64,000 nt of DNA from Bacteroidales bacterium (GCA_017417315.1 JAFPZK010000027.1:2863-66862), one strand, 5' to 3'. Shown: positions 9,154 through 19,382, counted from the first letter of the stretch. Program-made: numbers and translations. The notes: generated by a model not told the origin, from the sequence alone.

Positions 9154-10233
9154 TTAATTCTTTTTAAAAACCGCTGCGGCATTTACTCCGCCGAAGCCTG
9201 AAATCAGTTTTATGAAATATTTTTTGTCGGTTTTTAGGTTTTCGGTTGCGATGTTAACTTTTTTGCTGACACCAGAAGTTTCATAGCCGTGGGTTTTCAA
9301 AACTTCTCCTTCATTTAAAGCACGAAACGACAAAACCGTTTCAATCAAACCTGCCGCGCCGAGTGTGTGTCCGTAACAACCTTTAAGACCGCTGACCGGA
9401 ATATCTGAAAGTCCCGCACGGAAAATTGCATTTGCCTCCATCTCGTCGTTAAAAAACGTCGCCGTACCATGAGCCGAAATAAAAGCGATGTCGTTTTTGT
9501 CAATATTTTTCAGCACGTCATTAAGCGCAAAAAACGCTCCTTCGGCAGTTTTTGACGGACTTGAAATATGATAAGCGTCATTTCGGATAGAGCCGCAGAT
9601 GAAATTTTCTTTGTCCGATTTTTTTAAGACGATAGTCGAAGCCGCCTCGCCGAGATTCAAGCCGTTACGCTCGATGTCAAACGGACGGCAAGGCTTTGAC
9701 GATAAGGCTTTAAGAGAAGAAAAGCCCGAAACCGTAAACTTACTCAAAACGTCAGCACCCGTTACGACGGCAGTGTCAATCCTTCCTGAATTAATTGCCC
9801 GCGCCGCCGCAATCACTGCACAAAGCCCCGACACACAAGCATTTGAGACAACAACAGGAGTATTTTTATTACCGAAAAATTCTGAAATTTTTTTAGCCGT
9901 ATACCAAAGATTGTTTTGAAGGTCTCCTTTCGTTGACGAGAAATAAAACGCTGTTTTGCTGTTTGTTACGTCCGTATCAAAAATTGCTTTTCCGACTGAA
10001 AGCAAAACCATTTTTTCAAGTATTGTATAATCAGCAGCGTTTTTATGAAAAAACGTTTCAAACTCTGAATTTAAAACTTCGTTTTCGATTTCTGCTACAC
10101 AAAACCGCCCGTCCAATCCGAAAAGGTTTTCTTTGACTTTTAGTCCTGATTTTGAGAGTTTTACGTTGTCATAATTCTCTTTTGTCGTAAAACCCAAAGG
10201 CGAGATAATATTGTCGGAAAAGATTTCAACCAT
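9154..10233 (-). CDS. Beta-ketoacyl synthase family protein (aryl-polyene/flexirubin-cluster type)
   Basis: Cys in SNACVSGLCAV; SAHGTAT; GHTLGAAG. Start moved to the internal MVEIFSDNIISPLGF so that it abuts the upstream stop at 10235. Confidence 0.85.
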   Translation of the reverse strand: MVEIFSDNIISPLGFTTKENYDNVKLSKSGLKVKENLFGLDGRFCVAEIENEVLNSEFETFFHKNAADYTILEKMVLLSVGKAIFDTDVTNSKTAFYFSSTKGDLQNNLWYTAKKISEFFGNKNTPVVVSNACVSGLCAVIAAARAINSGRIDTAVVTGADVLSKFTVSGFSSLKALSSKPCRPFDIERNGLNLGEAASTIVLKKSDKENFICGSIRNDAYHISSPSKTAEGAFFALNDVLKNIDKNDIAFISAHGTATFFNDEMEANAIFRAGLSDIPVSGLKGCYGHTLGAAGLIETVLSFRALNEGEVLKTHGYETSGVSKKVNIATENLKTDKKYFIKLISGFGGVNAAAVFKKN

Positions 10234-10234
10234 T

Positions 10235-11125
10235 TTAGAAAAATTCAAAAAAATTAAACCACTGACACGGATAATTTTTGATTTGTTTTTCGAGTTCTGC
10301 GGCAAATTGTTGAGCCATAGCAGCGGCTTTTTGTTTGTTAGAAACTTCATCTGAAATTTTCAACTCTCTGACAATCACTTTATAATGATAAGTTTTGACT
10401 CTGAAAACAAAAACCGCCAAAACAGGTACGCCTCTTATCGCTGCAACAGAAAACGGACCCGTCGGAAACTCTGCTTCCGTCAAACCGAATTTACAAGTAA
10501 CTGTCTTTGAACTGCCTAAGGCTCTGTCAGCAGGCATTGTTACGATGTCGCCGTCCTGCAAAGCAGAATTGATTTTAAAAAGATGCGACATATCATTTTC
10601 AACGGCAAGCATTTCCACGTTATTTTCCTTGAATTTCATAAGCCGCTCACGTTGAAGCATTTGACCTTCGCCGCCGAAAACCAAAGCGTAAATCTTTTTG
10701 ATGTTTTGTTTCAACAAGTAACCGCAGATTTCAAAATTGCCGGTATGCGAACCCAACATCATAAAACCGTCATCTTTTTTTACGAGGTCATAAAAAAGTT
10801 CGTTACCGTCATCTTCAACCTTAAATTTATGTTTCTGCCCTGAAAATATTGAAAATCTGTCCATTAAAACTTTTCCAAAAGTATTATACGTTTTCCAAGT
10901 TTTTAGAAAAGCCTTAAAACCGCCGTAGCCGTAAACCTTCTGAAAGTAATGTTGAATAGACTTTCTTGCCTTAACGCCGAAAAGCATATAAAACGGAATT
11001 GTCAGGTACATAAAAAAATATCCGACCCTAACGTCGCAATATTTAAACAGGAGAATCAAAAATTTCTGTCCGAAATTTCCGCCTCCTGTTACACCTTTCC
11101 ATTTATCTGACTCCGTTACAGCCAT
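10235..11125 (-). CDS. LpxL/lysophospholipid-type acyltransferase
   Basis: N-terminal TM; HTGNFE (HX4D/E) acyltransferase motif. Confidence 0.8.
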   Translation of the reverse strand: MAVTESDKWKGVTGGGNFGQKFLILLFKYCDVRVGYFFMYLTIPFYMLFGVKARKSIQHYFQKVYGYGGFKAFLKTWKTYNTFGKVLMDRFSIFSGQKHKFKVEDDGNELFYDLVKKDDGFMMLGSHTGNFEICGYLLKQNIKKIYALVFGGEGQMLQRERLMKFKENNVEMLAVENDMSHLFKINSALQDGDIVTMPADRALGSSKTVTCKFGLTEAEFPTGPFSVAAIRGVPVLAVFVFRVKTYHYKVIVRELKISDEVSNKQKAAAMAQQFAAELEKQIKNYPCQWFNFFEFF

Positions 11126-11135
11126 TGAAAAACAC

Positions 11136-12311
11136 TTATTTTTTCAAACCTAATTTTTTAGCAATGTCTGCCGGAATTGCGTCTTTATGAACCATAACGT
11201 CAATGGTTTTCATAGCAACAAACGCTTTGGTGAAATACCAAGTACCTTTGTAAGTATTGTCAGTTCCCCAAGAGTTTTTAGCCATATAATACTCTTTGCC
11301 GTTTTGGTCTTTTGCGATACCGTAGATTAACATTCCGTGGTCGTCGGTGGTCTCCCAATTGTCATAACCTTCCTGACGTTTTTCTTGTGTCGGTTTGATT
11401 TCAGGAAGCGGTTTTGAAGTCAAAAATTCGCGTTTTGACCAGTCGGAAGTAAGACCGGTCCAACGTGCCTGGTCAGAGCCTGAAAATTCAGCGGATTTAA
11501 CGTCGGGAAGTTGTCCGATACCATTGCGAGAAAAACCGAGTTCCGAAACGTCAGCACCCCAAGCCAAAGTATAACCTTTGTTAACGGCATTGTCGATGAT
11601 TTTCATCATTTCGTCCATCGGAACGTTGTACGCCAAATCCCAACGCCAATTATCCTGAACCTCTATAACCATCTTTTCATAAAAAGGATGATGAGTAAAA
11701 GAAGTTATCGAAACGTAGTCGTCCATATTAAGACCGAGACTTTCGGCGTAAGATTTTGGAGTGTATTCTTTGCCTTTGTAAGTGAATTTTTCAGGACATT
11801 TGCCGAGGTATGTGTCGTAAATAGATTGAAGACCTTGTTTCCAAAGCGGAGAAAGTTTTTTGGCCTCGCTTTTTGCGATTGCGCTGACATAACTTTCTGC
11901 AATTTTGTCGAGTTCGTTGTTGTTAGGAAGGCTGTCGCCGTAGAGAGTTCCCATAGTCGGCATTGCCTCTTGCGGGATAATTCCGTAATGTTTCCAGCAA
12001 TAAGCCACGTCGTAAGCGAATCCGCCCGGAGAGAACGAAACATCGCCGTGCGTTCTGACTGCTTTTTCGGCTCTGTCCATCATAGTTTTGTTAACGACGA
12101 AAGCCTCAGAAAAGTCCATTTCGCCTTTGCCCAAACGCATGAGTTCGCTTTCAAAATAACTGAGGGTTGAAAAACACCAGCACGTACTGCTGCGGTGTTG
12201 ATTTTTAACGCTTGAAATCGGTAATTCTTTTACCGTCTTAAATTCAAACTGTGCGGCAGCGGGATACATTACGCCGGCTGCTAAAACACTTAAAAGTACC
12301 TTTTTTATCAT
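11136..12311 (-). CDS. pepC: C1B cysteine peptidase (aminopeptidase C / bleomycin hydrolase-like), secreted
   Basis: QHRSSTCWCFS catalytic Cys context; DHGMLIYG His; NSWG; signal peptide. Confidence 0.85.
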   Translation of the reverse strand: MIKKVLLSVLAAGVMYPAAAQFEFKTVKELPISSVKNQHRSSTCWCFSTLSYFESELMRLGKGEMDFSEAFVVNKTMMDRAEKAVRTHGDVSFSPGGFAYDVAYCWKHYGIIPQEAMPTMGTLYGDSLPNNNELDKIAESYVSAIAKSEAKKLSPLWKQGLQSIYDTYLGKCPEKFTYKGKEYTPKSYAESLGLNMDDYVSITSFTHHPFYEKMVIEVQDNWRWDLAYNVPMDEMMKIIDNAVNKGYTLAWGADVSELGFSRNGIGQLPDVKSAEFSGSDQARWTGLTSDWSKREFLTSKPLPEIKPTQEKRQEGYDNWETTDDHGMLIYGIAKDQNGKEYYMAKNSWGTDNTYKGTWYFTKAFVAMKTIDVMVHKDAIPADIAKKLGLKK

Positions 12312-12349
12312 TTTTGTTTTTTTAAATTAAGGAGTTTAAAAATCAGGCG

Positions 12350-12357
12350 CAAAGGTA
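12350..12357 (-). promoter_or_regulatory. Candidate -7 box (TACCTTTG) upstream of pepC
   Basis: + strand caaaggta, 39 nt from the ATG at 12311. Confidence 0.4.
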
Positions 12358-12373
12358 GTAATTTTTTTTGAAT

Positions 12374-12672
12374 TTATAAGGCGAAAATCTCATCTTTTGT
12401 TAAGCCGGTAATTAACGCAATATAATCAAGGTCATCACCGTGCTGCTTCATTGCACGGGCAATGGAAAGGGCTTTTTGTTTTCCGCCTTCTGCACGACCT
12501 TCGTTTTTCGCGCTTGAAATAGCATCTGTTTCAAACTCTAAAGAATTTCCTGAATTTTGCACTTTTTGCCCAAAAACACTTCAATGAAACCTTCGAGGAT
12601 ACCGAAGTTCGCCTTGTTCCTCAAAAGTTTCTTTATCGCAAAATCAAAACGGACAAGAAAATCTTTTCCCAT
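12374..12672 (-). pseudogene. Remnant of an Rpn / PD-(D/E)XK 'putative transposase' family gene with an internal deletion and frameshift
   Basis: N-terminal MGKDFLVRFDFAIKKLLRNKANFGILEGFIEVFLGKKCKIQEIL* runs into an overlapping frame that encodes only the family's C-terminal tail (EGRAEGGKQKALSIARAMKQHGDDLDYIALITGLTKDEI). The ~200-aa nuclease core is absent. Confidence 0.65.
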
Positions 12673-12732
12673 AATGCAATTTTTTTTGTTATTAACTACG
12701 TCGCAAAAATAAAATATTTTTCCAAAAACCAC

Positions 12733-12769
12733 AAAAAAAACGCCCGACCTTTTTAAGAAAGCCAGACGT
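12733..12769 (-). terminator. Rho-independent terminator after pnp
   Basis: Minus-strand RNA ACGUCUGGC...GUCGGGCGU forms 9 bp including G-U pairs, followed by U8. It lies 22 nt after the stop codon. Confidence 0.6.
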
Positions 12770-12790
12770 CTTATCTAAGTAAAATCAAAT

Positions 12791-15064
12791 TTAATATTCA
12801 TTTCTTCTGGGACGGAAACCGCCGTTGTTGTTACCGCCTTGACGGTTGTCGTTTCTCGAACCTCTGTTGAAACCGCCGTTGTTAGAACGCGGAGCAAAAG
12901 GTCTGTCGCCTTGCGGACGTGCAGGACGCTCTCTTTCAACGTAGCCTTCCGGTTTGGGAATCAAAACTTTGTGCGAAAGTTTCAATTTGCCGGTCTTTTT
13001 GTCTATGTCAAGAAGTTTAACGTCAATTTCATCGCCTTCGTTAAGAACTTCGCTTACGTTTTCAATGCGTTTCCAATCAATTTCTGAAACGTGGAGCAAA
13101 CCTTCTTTGCCAGGGAGAATTTCTACAAACGCGCCGAACTCTACGATAGATTTAACAGTGCCTTTGTAAACTTCACCAACCTCAGGCTCGGCAACGATTG
13201 CTTTAACTTTTGCAACTGCTGCGTCCATATCTTCTTTGTTAACAGCCGAAATCGAAACTATTCCTACGCCGTCAACCTCGTCAATGGTAATAACAGAATT
13301 GGTCTGTGCCTGAATTTCCTGAATAATTTTGCCGCCCGGTCCGATAACTGCGCCGATGTAATCTTTCGCAATCGTGAATTTCTCCATTCTCGGAACAAAA
13401 GGTTTGTAATCTTCTCTCGGTTTTGCGATGGTCTGCAACATAATGTTAAGAATGTGTGCGCGACCTTCTTTTGCCTGTTGAAGTGCTTTTGCGAGAATTT
13501 CGTAACTCAAACCGTCAACTTTTATATCCATTTGACAAGCCGTGATACCTTCGGGTGTGCCGGCTACTTTAAAGTCCATATCGCCTAAGTGGTCTTCGTC
13601 GCCGAGAATATCAGAAAGAACTGCGTATTTGTCAGATTCAGTGTCGGTTATCAAACCCATTGCGATACCTGAAACGGGACGTTTGATTTTAACGCCTGCG
13701 TCCATCAAAGCCAAGCAGCCGCCGCAAACGCTCGCCATCGAAGACGAACCGTTAGATTCCAAAATGTCAGAAACTACGCGGATTGTATACGGATTTTCTT
13801 CAACTGAGGGAAGAACTTTTTTCAATGCTCTGTGAGCCAAGTTTCCGTGTCCTACTTCACGACGAGAAACGCCTCTTGCGGCTTTTGCCTCGCCCGTTGC
13901 AAATGCGGGGAAGTTGTAATGAAGAAGGAAATTATTGCGACCCGTTTCCAAAACATTGTCAATGATTTGCTCATCGAGTTTTGTGCCGAGTGTACAAGTT
14001 GCAAGTGATTGAGTTTCACCACGGGTGAAAATTGCAGAACCATGAACCGACGGAAGAACGTCAGCCTCGCACCAAATCGGACGGATTTCGTTAGTTTTAC
14101 GAGAATCCAAACGTTTGCCTTCGTCAAGAATCAAACGGCGTACAGCGGTACGGAGTTCGTCATGGAAATAACGGTCGATAAGAATTTGTTTTTCTTCCAA
14201 TTCTTCTTCGGTTAAGCCCAATGATTCGATGAAATCTTGTTCGATTTTCTCGAAAGCCTCTGCTCTTTCTTGTTTGCCGAGTCCGAGTTTTGCAGTATCG
14301 TAAATTTTCTGATAAAGTTCTGCTTTGATTTTTGCTTGAAGTTCGGGGTCAGAAATTTCGGGTTCGTATTCACGTTTTACGACACCTTTTTCCTGTGCCA
14401 TCTCTCTCTGAACCTGACACATAGGTTTGATTGCCTCGTGAGCGGCTTTGATAGCCTCCAACATTTCGGCTTCTGAAACCTCGTTCATTTCGCCTTCAAC
14501 CATAAGGATATTGTCGTAAGTTGCACCTACAACCATTTCAATATCAGCTTTTGCGGTTTGTTCAAAAGTCGGGTTGATGACGATTTTGCCGTCAACTCTT
14601 GCAACTCTTACTTCTGAAATAGGCTCTAAAATCGGCACGTCAGAAACGCTTAATGCACATGAAGCGGCAAGTCCGGCGTAAGCATCGGGCATTGTCTCTT
14701 TGTCAGCCGAGAGGAGATATACGTTTACGAATGTTTCAGAGTGATAATCTTTCGGGAAAAGCGGTCTTAACGCTCTGTCGATAAGACGGGCTGTAAGTAT
14801 TTCGTAATCGGAAGCCTTGCCTTCGCGTTTTAAGAAACCGCCCGGAAATCTTCCGTTTGCATAATATTTTTCTTGATATTCAACCGTAAGCGGCATGAAG
14901 TCCGCTTCGGGGTTAGATTCTTTTGCTGAACATACGGTCGCTAACAACACCGTATTACCTTGTCTGAGGATTACCGAACCGTCGGCCTGTTTTGCCACTT
15001 TACCGGTTTCGATAGTGATTTTGCGTCCGTCGCCAAGGTCTATTTCTTTGGTTATTACGTTCAT
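12791..15064 (-). CDS. pnp: Polyribonucleotide nucleotidyltransferase (PNPase) with an Arg/Gly/Asn-rich C-terminal tail
   Basis: Two RNase PH-like halves; KH ([11 protein letters not shown]); S1 ([20 protein letters not shown]); downstream of rpsO. Confidence 0.97.
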   Translation of the reverse strand: MNVITKEIDLGDGRKITIETGKVAKQADGSVILRQGNTVLLATVCSAKESNPEADFMPLTVEYQEKYYANGRFPGGFLKREGKASDYEILTARLIDRALRPLFPKDYHSETFVNVYLLSADKETMPDAYAGLAASCALSVSDVPILEPISEVRVARVDGKIVINPTFEQTAKADIEMVVGATYDNILMVEGEMNEVSEAEMLEAIKAAHEAIKPMCQVQREMAQEKGVVKREYEPEISDPELQAKIKAELYQKIYDTAKLGLGKQERAEAFEKIEQDFIESLGLTEEELEEKQILIDRYFHDELRTAVRRLILDEGKRLDSRKTNEIRPIWCEADVLPSVHGSAIFTRGETQSLATCTLGTKLDEQIIDNVLETGRNNFLLHYNFPAFATGEAKAARGVSRREVGHGNLAHRALKKVLPSVEENPYTIRVVSDILESNGSSSMASVCGGCLALMDAGVKIKRPVSGIAMGLITDTESDKYAVLSDILGDEDHLGDMDFKVAGTPEGITACQMDIKVDGLSYEILAKALQQAKEGRAHILNIMLQTIAKPREDYKPFVPRMEKFTIAKDYIGAVIGPGGKIIQEIQAQTNSVITIDEVDGVGIVSISAVNKEDMDAAVAKVKAIVAEPEVGEVYKGTVKSIVEFGAFVEILPGKEGLLHVSEIDWKRIENVSEVLNEGDEIDVKLLDIDKKTGKLKLSHKVLIPKPEGYVERERPARPQGDRPFAPRSNNGGFNRGSRNDNRQGGNNNGGFRPRRNEY

Positions 15065-15085
15065 TTTGTCTTTTCTAAATAAAAA

Positions 15086-15111
15086 GAAAGGCTGTTTTTA
15101 TACAGCCCTTC
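15086..15111 (-). terminator. rpsO-pnp intergenic hairpin (attenuator or processing-site candidate)
   Basis: gaaaggctgt / acagcccttc stem with a 6-nt loop, followed on the minus strand by CUUUUUAUUU. Confidence 0.5.
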
Positions 15112-15133
15112 TTCGACTTTGTTAACAATTCTT

Positions 15134-15403
15134 TTACTTTCTAAGGTTCAAAGCCTTAATCAATGCTCTATATCTTTCGATGTCCTTTCCTTTGAGATAA
15201 TCAAGGAGTGAACGTCTCTTACCTACCAATTTCGTCAATGCTCTTTTTGTACCGAAATCATGAATGTTTTGTTTCAAGTGTTCGGTCAAATGCTGAATAC
15301 GGTAGGAAAATAAGGCAACTTGGCTTTCAACCGAGCCGGTGTCTTTATTAGACTTTCCGTAAGTAGTGAAAATCTCTTGTTTCTTTTCAGCGTCTAAATA
15401 CAT
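15134..15403 (-). CDS. rpsO: 30S ribosomal protein S15
   Basis: 89 aa; LTEHLK...HDFGTKRALTKLVGKRRSLLDYL. Confidence 0.97.
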   Translation of the reverse strand: MYLDAEKKQEIFTTYGKSNKDTGSVESQVALFSYRIQHLTEHLKQNIHDFGTKRALTKLVGKRRSLLDYLKGKDIERYRALIKALNLRK

Positions 15404-15442
15404 AATTCTTAACTATTTAATTTTTCTTTAACTTTTCGGGCG

Positions 15443-15450
15443 CAAAGATA
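15443..15450 (-). promoter_or_regulatory. Candidate -7 box (TATCTTTG) upstream of rpsO
   Basis: + strand caaagata, 40 nt from the ATG. Confidence 0.45.
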
Positions 15451-15510
15451 CGTTTTTTTTTCGGATAACAAAAATTATTTTCAAATTATTTTCAAAACTT
15501 TTTACTAACC

Positions 15511-16428
15511 TTATTTTCTGCTCATTCTAAACAGAAACGCTTTTTCTTCTTTCGTCAGATTGTCATAACCCGATTTTGAAATTTTTTCCAAAATCTCGTC
15601 CGTGCGTTTTTGTTCTTCGGCTTTGTTTTGATTGAACTCCTCATCGGTCATTTCGCGGACGTCTTTCGTATTCTTGTAACTGACTCTCATTTCAGGCTGA
15701 GATTTCTTACGCGAAGAAAACGAAAACAGAGATACTATCTTGTCAATCAGATTATTAAAACCCGTCGTAATGTCTTTTCCTTTTTTGAGGTTAAGTGCAA
15801 ACAAAAATCCGAACAACGCCCCGCCTAAATGCGCAAAATGTCCGCCGGCATTGCCGCCCGTTAATTGAAAAACGTCAAAAACCACGTAAGCAATGGCTAT
15901 CCATTTGAACGTTATCGGCAAAATTCCGAAAAACAATACCCTGTAATCAGGCTGCAAAACGGCTATCAAAATAATATACGCCGTTACCGCCGCCGAAGCA
16001 CCTAAACAAACCGAAGTAGGAAGCGCAGACTGAAAAACTGGAAAAACATTATAACTCAACAGATAAACAGCCGCACCCGTCAGACCGCCTAAAAGATAAA
16101 CCGCCAACAACTGACGATTGTTTAAAATGCTTTCCAAAATCTGTTTTATACAGAAAAGCCACAACATATTGGCAAAAATATGCCAAAAATCCGTGTGCAA
16201 AAACATATACGTCAGCGGCGTGTAAAACCTGAACGCCAATTTGTCCAAAGCAGCGGGCATAGCCAAATACTTTACCGTCAAATACTCCATATACCCCTGC
16301 CTGCCGAACAGATAAAACAAAATATCCGCTACGGAAATAACTAAAAATACAGCAATGTTAATAATCAATAATTTGCTGACAATAGACTGCTTGAAAGCCG
16401 CCTTTATAAAACTCGTATTCATTTTCAC
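15511..16428 (-). CDS. Rhomboid-family intramembrane serine protease with a charged C-terminal tail
   Basis: Multi-TM; GASAAV Ser motif; FAHLGGALFG His motif. Confidence 0.85.
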   Translation of the reverse strand: MKMNTSFIKAAFKQSIVSKLLIINIAVFLVISVADILFYLFGRQGYMEYLTVKYLAMPAALDKLAFRFYTPLTYMFLHTDFWHIFANMLWLFCIKQILESILNNRQLLAVYLLGGLTGAAVYLLSYNVFPVFQSALPTSVCLGASAAVTAYIILIAVLQPDYRVLFFGILPITFKWIAIAYVVFDVFQLTGGNAGGHFAHLGGALFGFLFALNLKKGKDITTGFNNLIDKIVSLFSFSSRKKSQPEMRVSYKNTKDVREMTDEEFNQNKAEEQKRTDEILEKISKSGYDNLTKEEKAFLFRMSRK

Positions 16429-17216
16429 TAACCGTTAAAAAATTCGTTATGAGGGTGTTTTCTCCACCACAAAATCAAAAGTATGCCGAACAACATTCCG
16501 CCTAAATGCGCAAAATGTGCTATGTTATCGCCTTTAAAATCGTTAACGCCGAAAAACAATTCTGCCGCACCGTACAAAAGTACAAAATATTTTGCTTTTA
16601 TCCCAATCGGAATAAACATAAATTGAAGTTTCATATCAGGAAACATCATTCCAAAAGCAAGCAAAAGCCCGAAAACCGCACCCGAAGCACCTACAATAGG
16701 TCTCGCCGTGAAATTTTGTTGCATATCCTGCATTAATTTCACCACAAATTCGGGAAAATCAGGAGCATTTTTAAACTCCGAAATAAAATCGTCTAATTTC
16801 GGCATATTAAAAAGATAACTATACTCGCTCGCAAAGGCCTTTAACCCCTCAACCGACGGATTATTAATCAGCGCGTTAGAGGCTGCCTCCATAGGCGCAA
16901 TCTGATAATAGTTAACAATCATATTCGTTAGTGCCGCTCCTAAACCGCAGACCAAATAATAAAACGAAAACCTTTTGCTGCCCCAAACGCTTTCAATCAC
17001 GCTGCCGAACTGATAAAGCGCAAACATATTGAAAAATATATGCGCAATGCCGGCATGAACAAACATATACGTAAAAAACTGGTACGGACGAAACAAATCC
17101 GACTTAATATAATAAAGTGCCAAATATCCGCTGACCGGCTCGAAAATAGCACACAAAGCATAAACCAAAATGTTGGCAATCAGCAAATACTTAACTATCG
17201 GTGTTAAATTTACCAT
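16428..17216 (-). CDS. Rhomboid-family intramembrane serine protease
   Basis: GASGAVFGLL and HFAHLGGMLFG motifs; 1-nt overlap with the next rhomboid gene. Confidence 0.88.
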   Translation of the reverse strand: MVNLTPIVKYLLIANILVYALCAIFEPVSGYLALYYIKSDLFRPYQFFTYMFVHAGIAHIFFNMFALYQFGSVIESVWGSKRFSFYYLVCGLGAALTNMIVNYYQIAPMEAASNALINNPSVEGLKAFASEYSYLFNMPKLDDFISEFKNAPDFPEFVVKLMQDMQQNFTARPIVGASGAVFGLLLAFGMMFPDMKLQFMFIPIGIKAKYFVLLYGAAELFFGVNDFKGDNIAHFAHLGGMLFGILLILWWRKHPHNEFFNG

Positions 17217-17220
17217 CTTT

Positions 17221-19014
17221 TTATAAAAACTTTTTTTCTATTTCTTCAACCGGCAAAATCACGACTGCCGTTTTGCCGTCAGGAGAATAATTCGGCTCAC
17301 CGGTTGCAAACAAATCGTCTATTAAACCGTTCATTTCCTGAGCGTTAAGTTGACGTCCCGCTTTTATTGCCTGACGTCTTGCAAGAGACTTCGCCAAAAT
17401 ATCTTTTATCGAAGTCTGAATACTGCCGTGTTCTTCCTTATAATTATCAATAATATCGTTCAAAACTTCCTCTGCCTCGTTTTTATCAATATACGGCGGA
17501 ATACCTTTCAAAACCGGCGAAGTCATATCCGTAAAATCCAAATCAAACCCTATCGAGAGAACCTCGTCCCGCAAATCATAAAGCATTGACGAAGACAATG
17601 TATCAAGCAGGAGTTTTTCAGGATAAAGCAACTTCTGAATACTATCGGCATTATTATCAATTTGTAAAAGATACTTATTATACAAAATTCTGTAATGCGC
17701 TCTGTATTGGTCAATTATCATCAAACCCGACTTTATGGGGCTGACAATATATTTTTCCTTGACCTGAATAATTTTTTTCTCGCCTTCCACAGTAGGTTTA
17801 TCCGCTGAAAAAAATGTATCCTGACTCTGGTAAAGTTTTTGCCAATTTTCAAGATTGTTTTTTTCTCTCGGAGAATAATCCGCCGCATAACTCTGCCGAG
17901 TGCTTTCAAACGGGTTGTAATACGGATTGAAATTTTCTCTCGGCATTTCGGGAATTTCATCACTCTTCGAAAAATACGGCATCGAAGCCGCCAAAGCATT
18001 GTCGAAATCTATTGCCGGCGCAACGTCGTTTTTGCTGAGCGTCTCGCGTATGCCCGCCTGAATAAGTTTGAAAATATCTCCGGCATTTTCAAAATTGATT
18101 TCAGTCTTTGTCGGGTGAACATTAACGTCTATTGTACGCGGATCGATTTCAAAATACAAGAAATACGGCGGCGCAGTATCCGGCGAAATCAATTTGTCGT
18201 ATGCCAACAAAACCGCTTTATTAAAATACGGATTTTTCATATAACGGTTGTTGACAAAAAAATACTGTTTGTCGTTACGTTTTTTTGCTGCCTGAGGTTT
18301 TCCCGTAAAGCCGGTGATTTTCACGATTGACGTATCAATGTCAACGGGGATTAAATCTTGATTGAGATTTTTGCCGCAAACTGCAATAATACGCTGTTTT
18401 AGAGAGGCTTTCGGCAACGAATACACCGTCTGAGAATTATGGTAAAGACAAAATTCTATCATCGGGTGAGTTAATGCAACCCGCTGAAACTCAGTAATTA
18501 TATGCTGAAACTCCGTTGAGTCGGCTTTCAAGAATTTTCTCCGCGCCGGCACGTTGAAAAACAGCGACTTAACGGCAAAATTAGTACCTTTCGGCGTGCT
18601 GACGGGACTTTGCGAAATAAACTCCCCGCCGCTGAAAATAACCTGCGTACCCGTTTGGTCGCCTTCCTGAGCGGTTTTTAGTTCTACCTCCGCAACCGAC
18701 GAAATCGAAGCAAGAGCCTCGCCTCTAAAACCCTTTGTATAAATGCAAAAAAGGTCATCAGTTTTGTAAATCTTGCTTGTAGCATGACGTTCAAAACTTT
18801 TCAAAGCGTCCCTTTCGCTCATTCCGCAGCCGTTGTCAATAACCTGAATAAGTGTTCTGCCGGCATCTTTTATGTTGACGGTGATTTTGTCCGCACCCGC
18901 ATCTACGGAATTTTCTACAAGTTCTTTTACGACGGAAGCAGGCCGCTGAATAACCTCTCCTGCGGCAATTTGATTGGCGAGTGCCTCCGGCATTAATTTT
19001 ATAATCTCCGTCAT
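17221..19014 (-). CDS. mutL: DNA mismatch repair protein MutL
   Basis: GHKL ATPase N-terminus AGEVIQRPASVVKELVENSVDAG; DNGCGM; FRGEALASI. Confidence 0.96.
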   Translation of the reverse strand: MTEIIKLMPEALANQIAAGEVIQRPASVVKELVENSVDAGADKITVNIKDAGRTLIQVIDNGCGMSERDALKSFERHATSKIYKTDDLFCIYTKGFRGEALASISSVAEVELKTAQEGDQTGTQVIFSGGEFISQSPVSTPKGTNFAVKSLFFNVPARRKFLKADSTEFQHIITEFQRVALTHPMIEFCLYHNSQTVYSLPKASLKQRIIAVCGKNLNQDLIPVDIDTSIVKITGFTGKPQAAKKRNDKQYFFVNNRYMKNPYFNKAVLLAYDKLISPDTAPPYFLYFEIDPRTIDVNVHPTKTEINFENAGDIFKLIQAGIRETLSKNDVAPAIDFDNALAASMPYFSKSDEIPEMPRENFNPYYNPFESTRQSYAADYSPREKNNLENWQKLYQSQDTFFSADKPTVEGEKKIIQVKEKYIVSPIKSGLMIIDQYRAHYRILYNKYLLQIDNNADSIQKLLYPEKLLLDTLSSSMLYDLRDEVLSIGFDLDFTDMTSPVLKGIPPYIDKNEAEEVLNDIIDNYKEEHGSIQTSIKDILAKSLARRQAIKAGRQLNAQEMNGLIDDLFATGEPNYSPDGKTAVVILPVEEIEKKFL

Positions 19015-19020
19015 TTTTTT

Positions 19021-19314
19021 CTACATAAAACCGAAATACCGGTTAACAAAATAACATATCAAACCCAAAATAACAACCAACACAAAAACCCTTAAATTAC
19101 TCTGTTTAAGTTCTTTATGTTGACGTTCATAACGGCGTTTGAAAGTACCTTTTTGAATTATACGGGTATTTCCGTCCTTTTGGTCATTAAGCCCCATTTC
19201 GGCATGAATCTCATCAATACGACGATTGATTTCGTCCTGCACGGGGTCATAATAACGCGGAATATACTCAAACTCATGTATTTTGTTTTCAGGAAAAAAT
19301 CTCGGTAATCCCAT
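19021..19314 (-). CDS. Small tail-anchored membrane protein, function unknown
   Basis: 97 aa; charged N-terminal part (YIPRYYDP); single C-terminal TM; tightly packed ahead of mutL. Confidence 0.6.
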   Translation of the reverse strand: MGLPRFFPENKIHEFEYIPRYYDPVQDEINRRIDEIHAEMGLNDQKDGNTRIIQKGTFKRRYERQHKELKQSNLRVFVLVVILGLICYFVNRYFGFM

Positions 19315-19344
19315 AATATCTTAAAGTTTAAAAACAATTTGCCG

Positions 19345-19352
19345 ACAAAGGT
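19345..19352 (-). promoter_or_regulatory. Candidate -7 box (TACCTTTG) upstream of the 19314 small ORF / mutL operon
   Basis: + strand caaaggta, 31 nt from the ATG. Confidence 0.4.
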
Positions 19353-19382
19353 ATAAAAAAAATCTTTTTCGCCAAAGTTTTT

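Noticed and set aside
10234-10350. N-terminal 39-aa extension of the KS ORF, overlapping the acyltransferase gene by 116 nt.
   Set aside because: The internal Met (MVEIFSDNIISPLGF) begins right after the upstream stop and matches typical KS N-termini. The extension has no conserved features.
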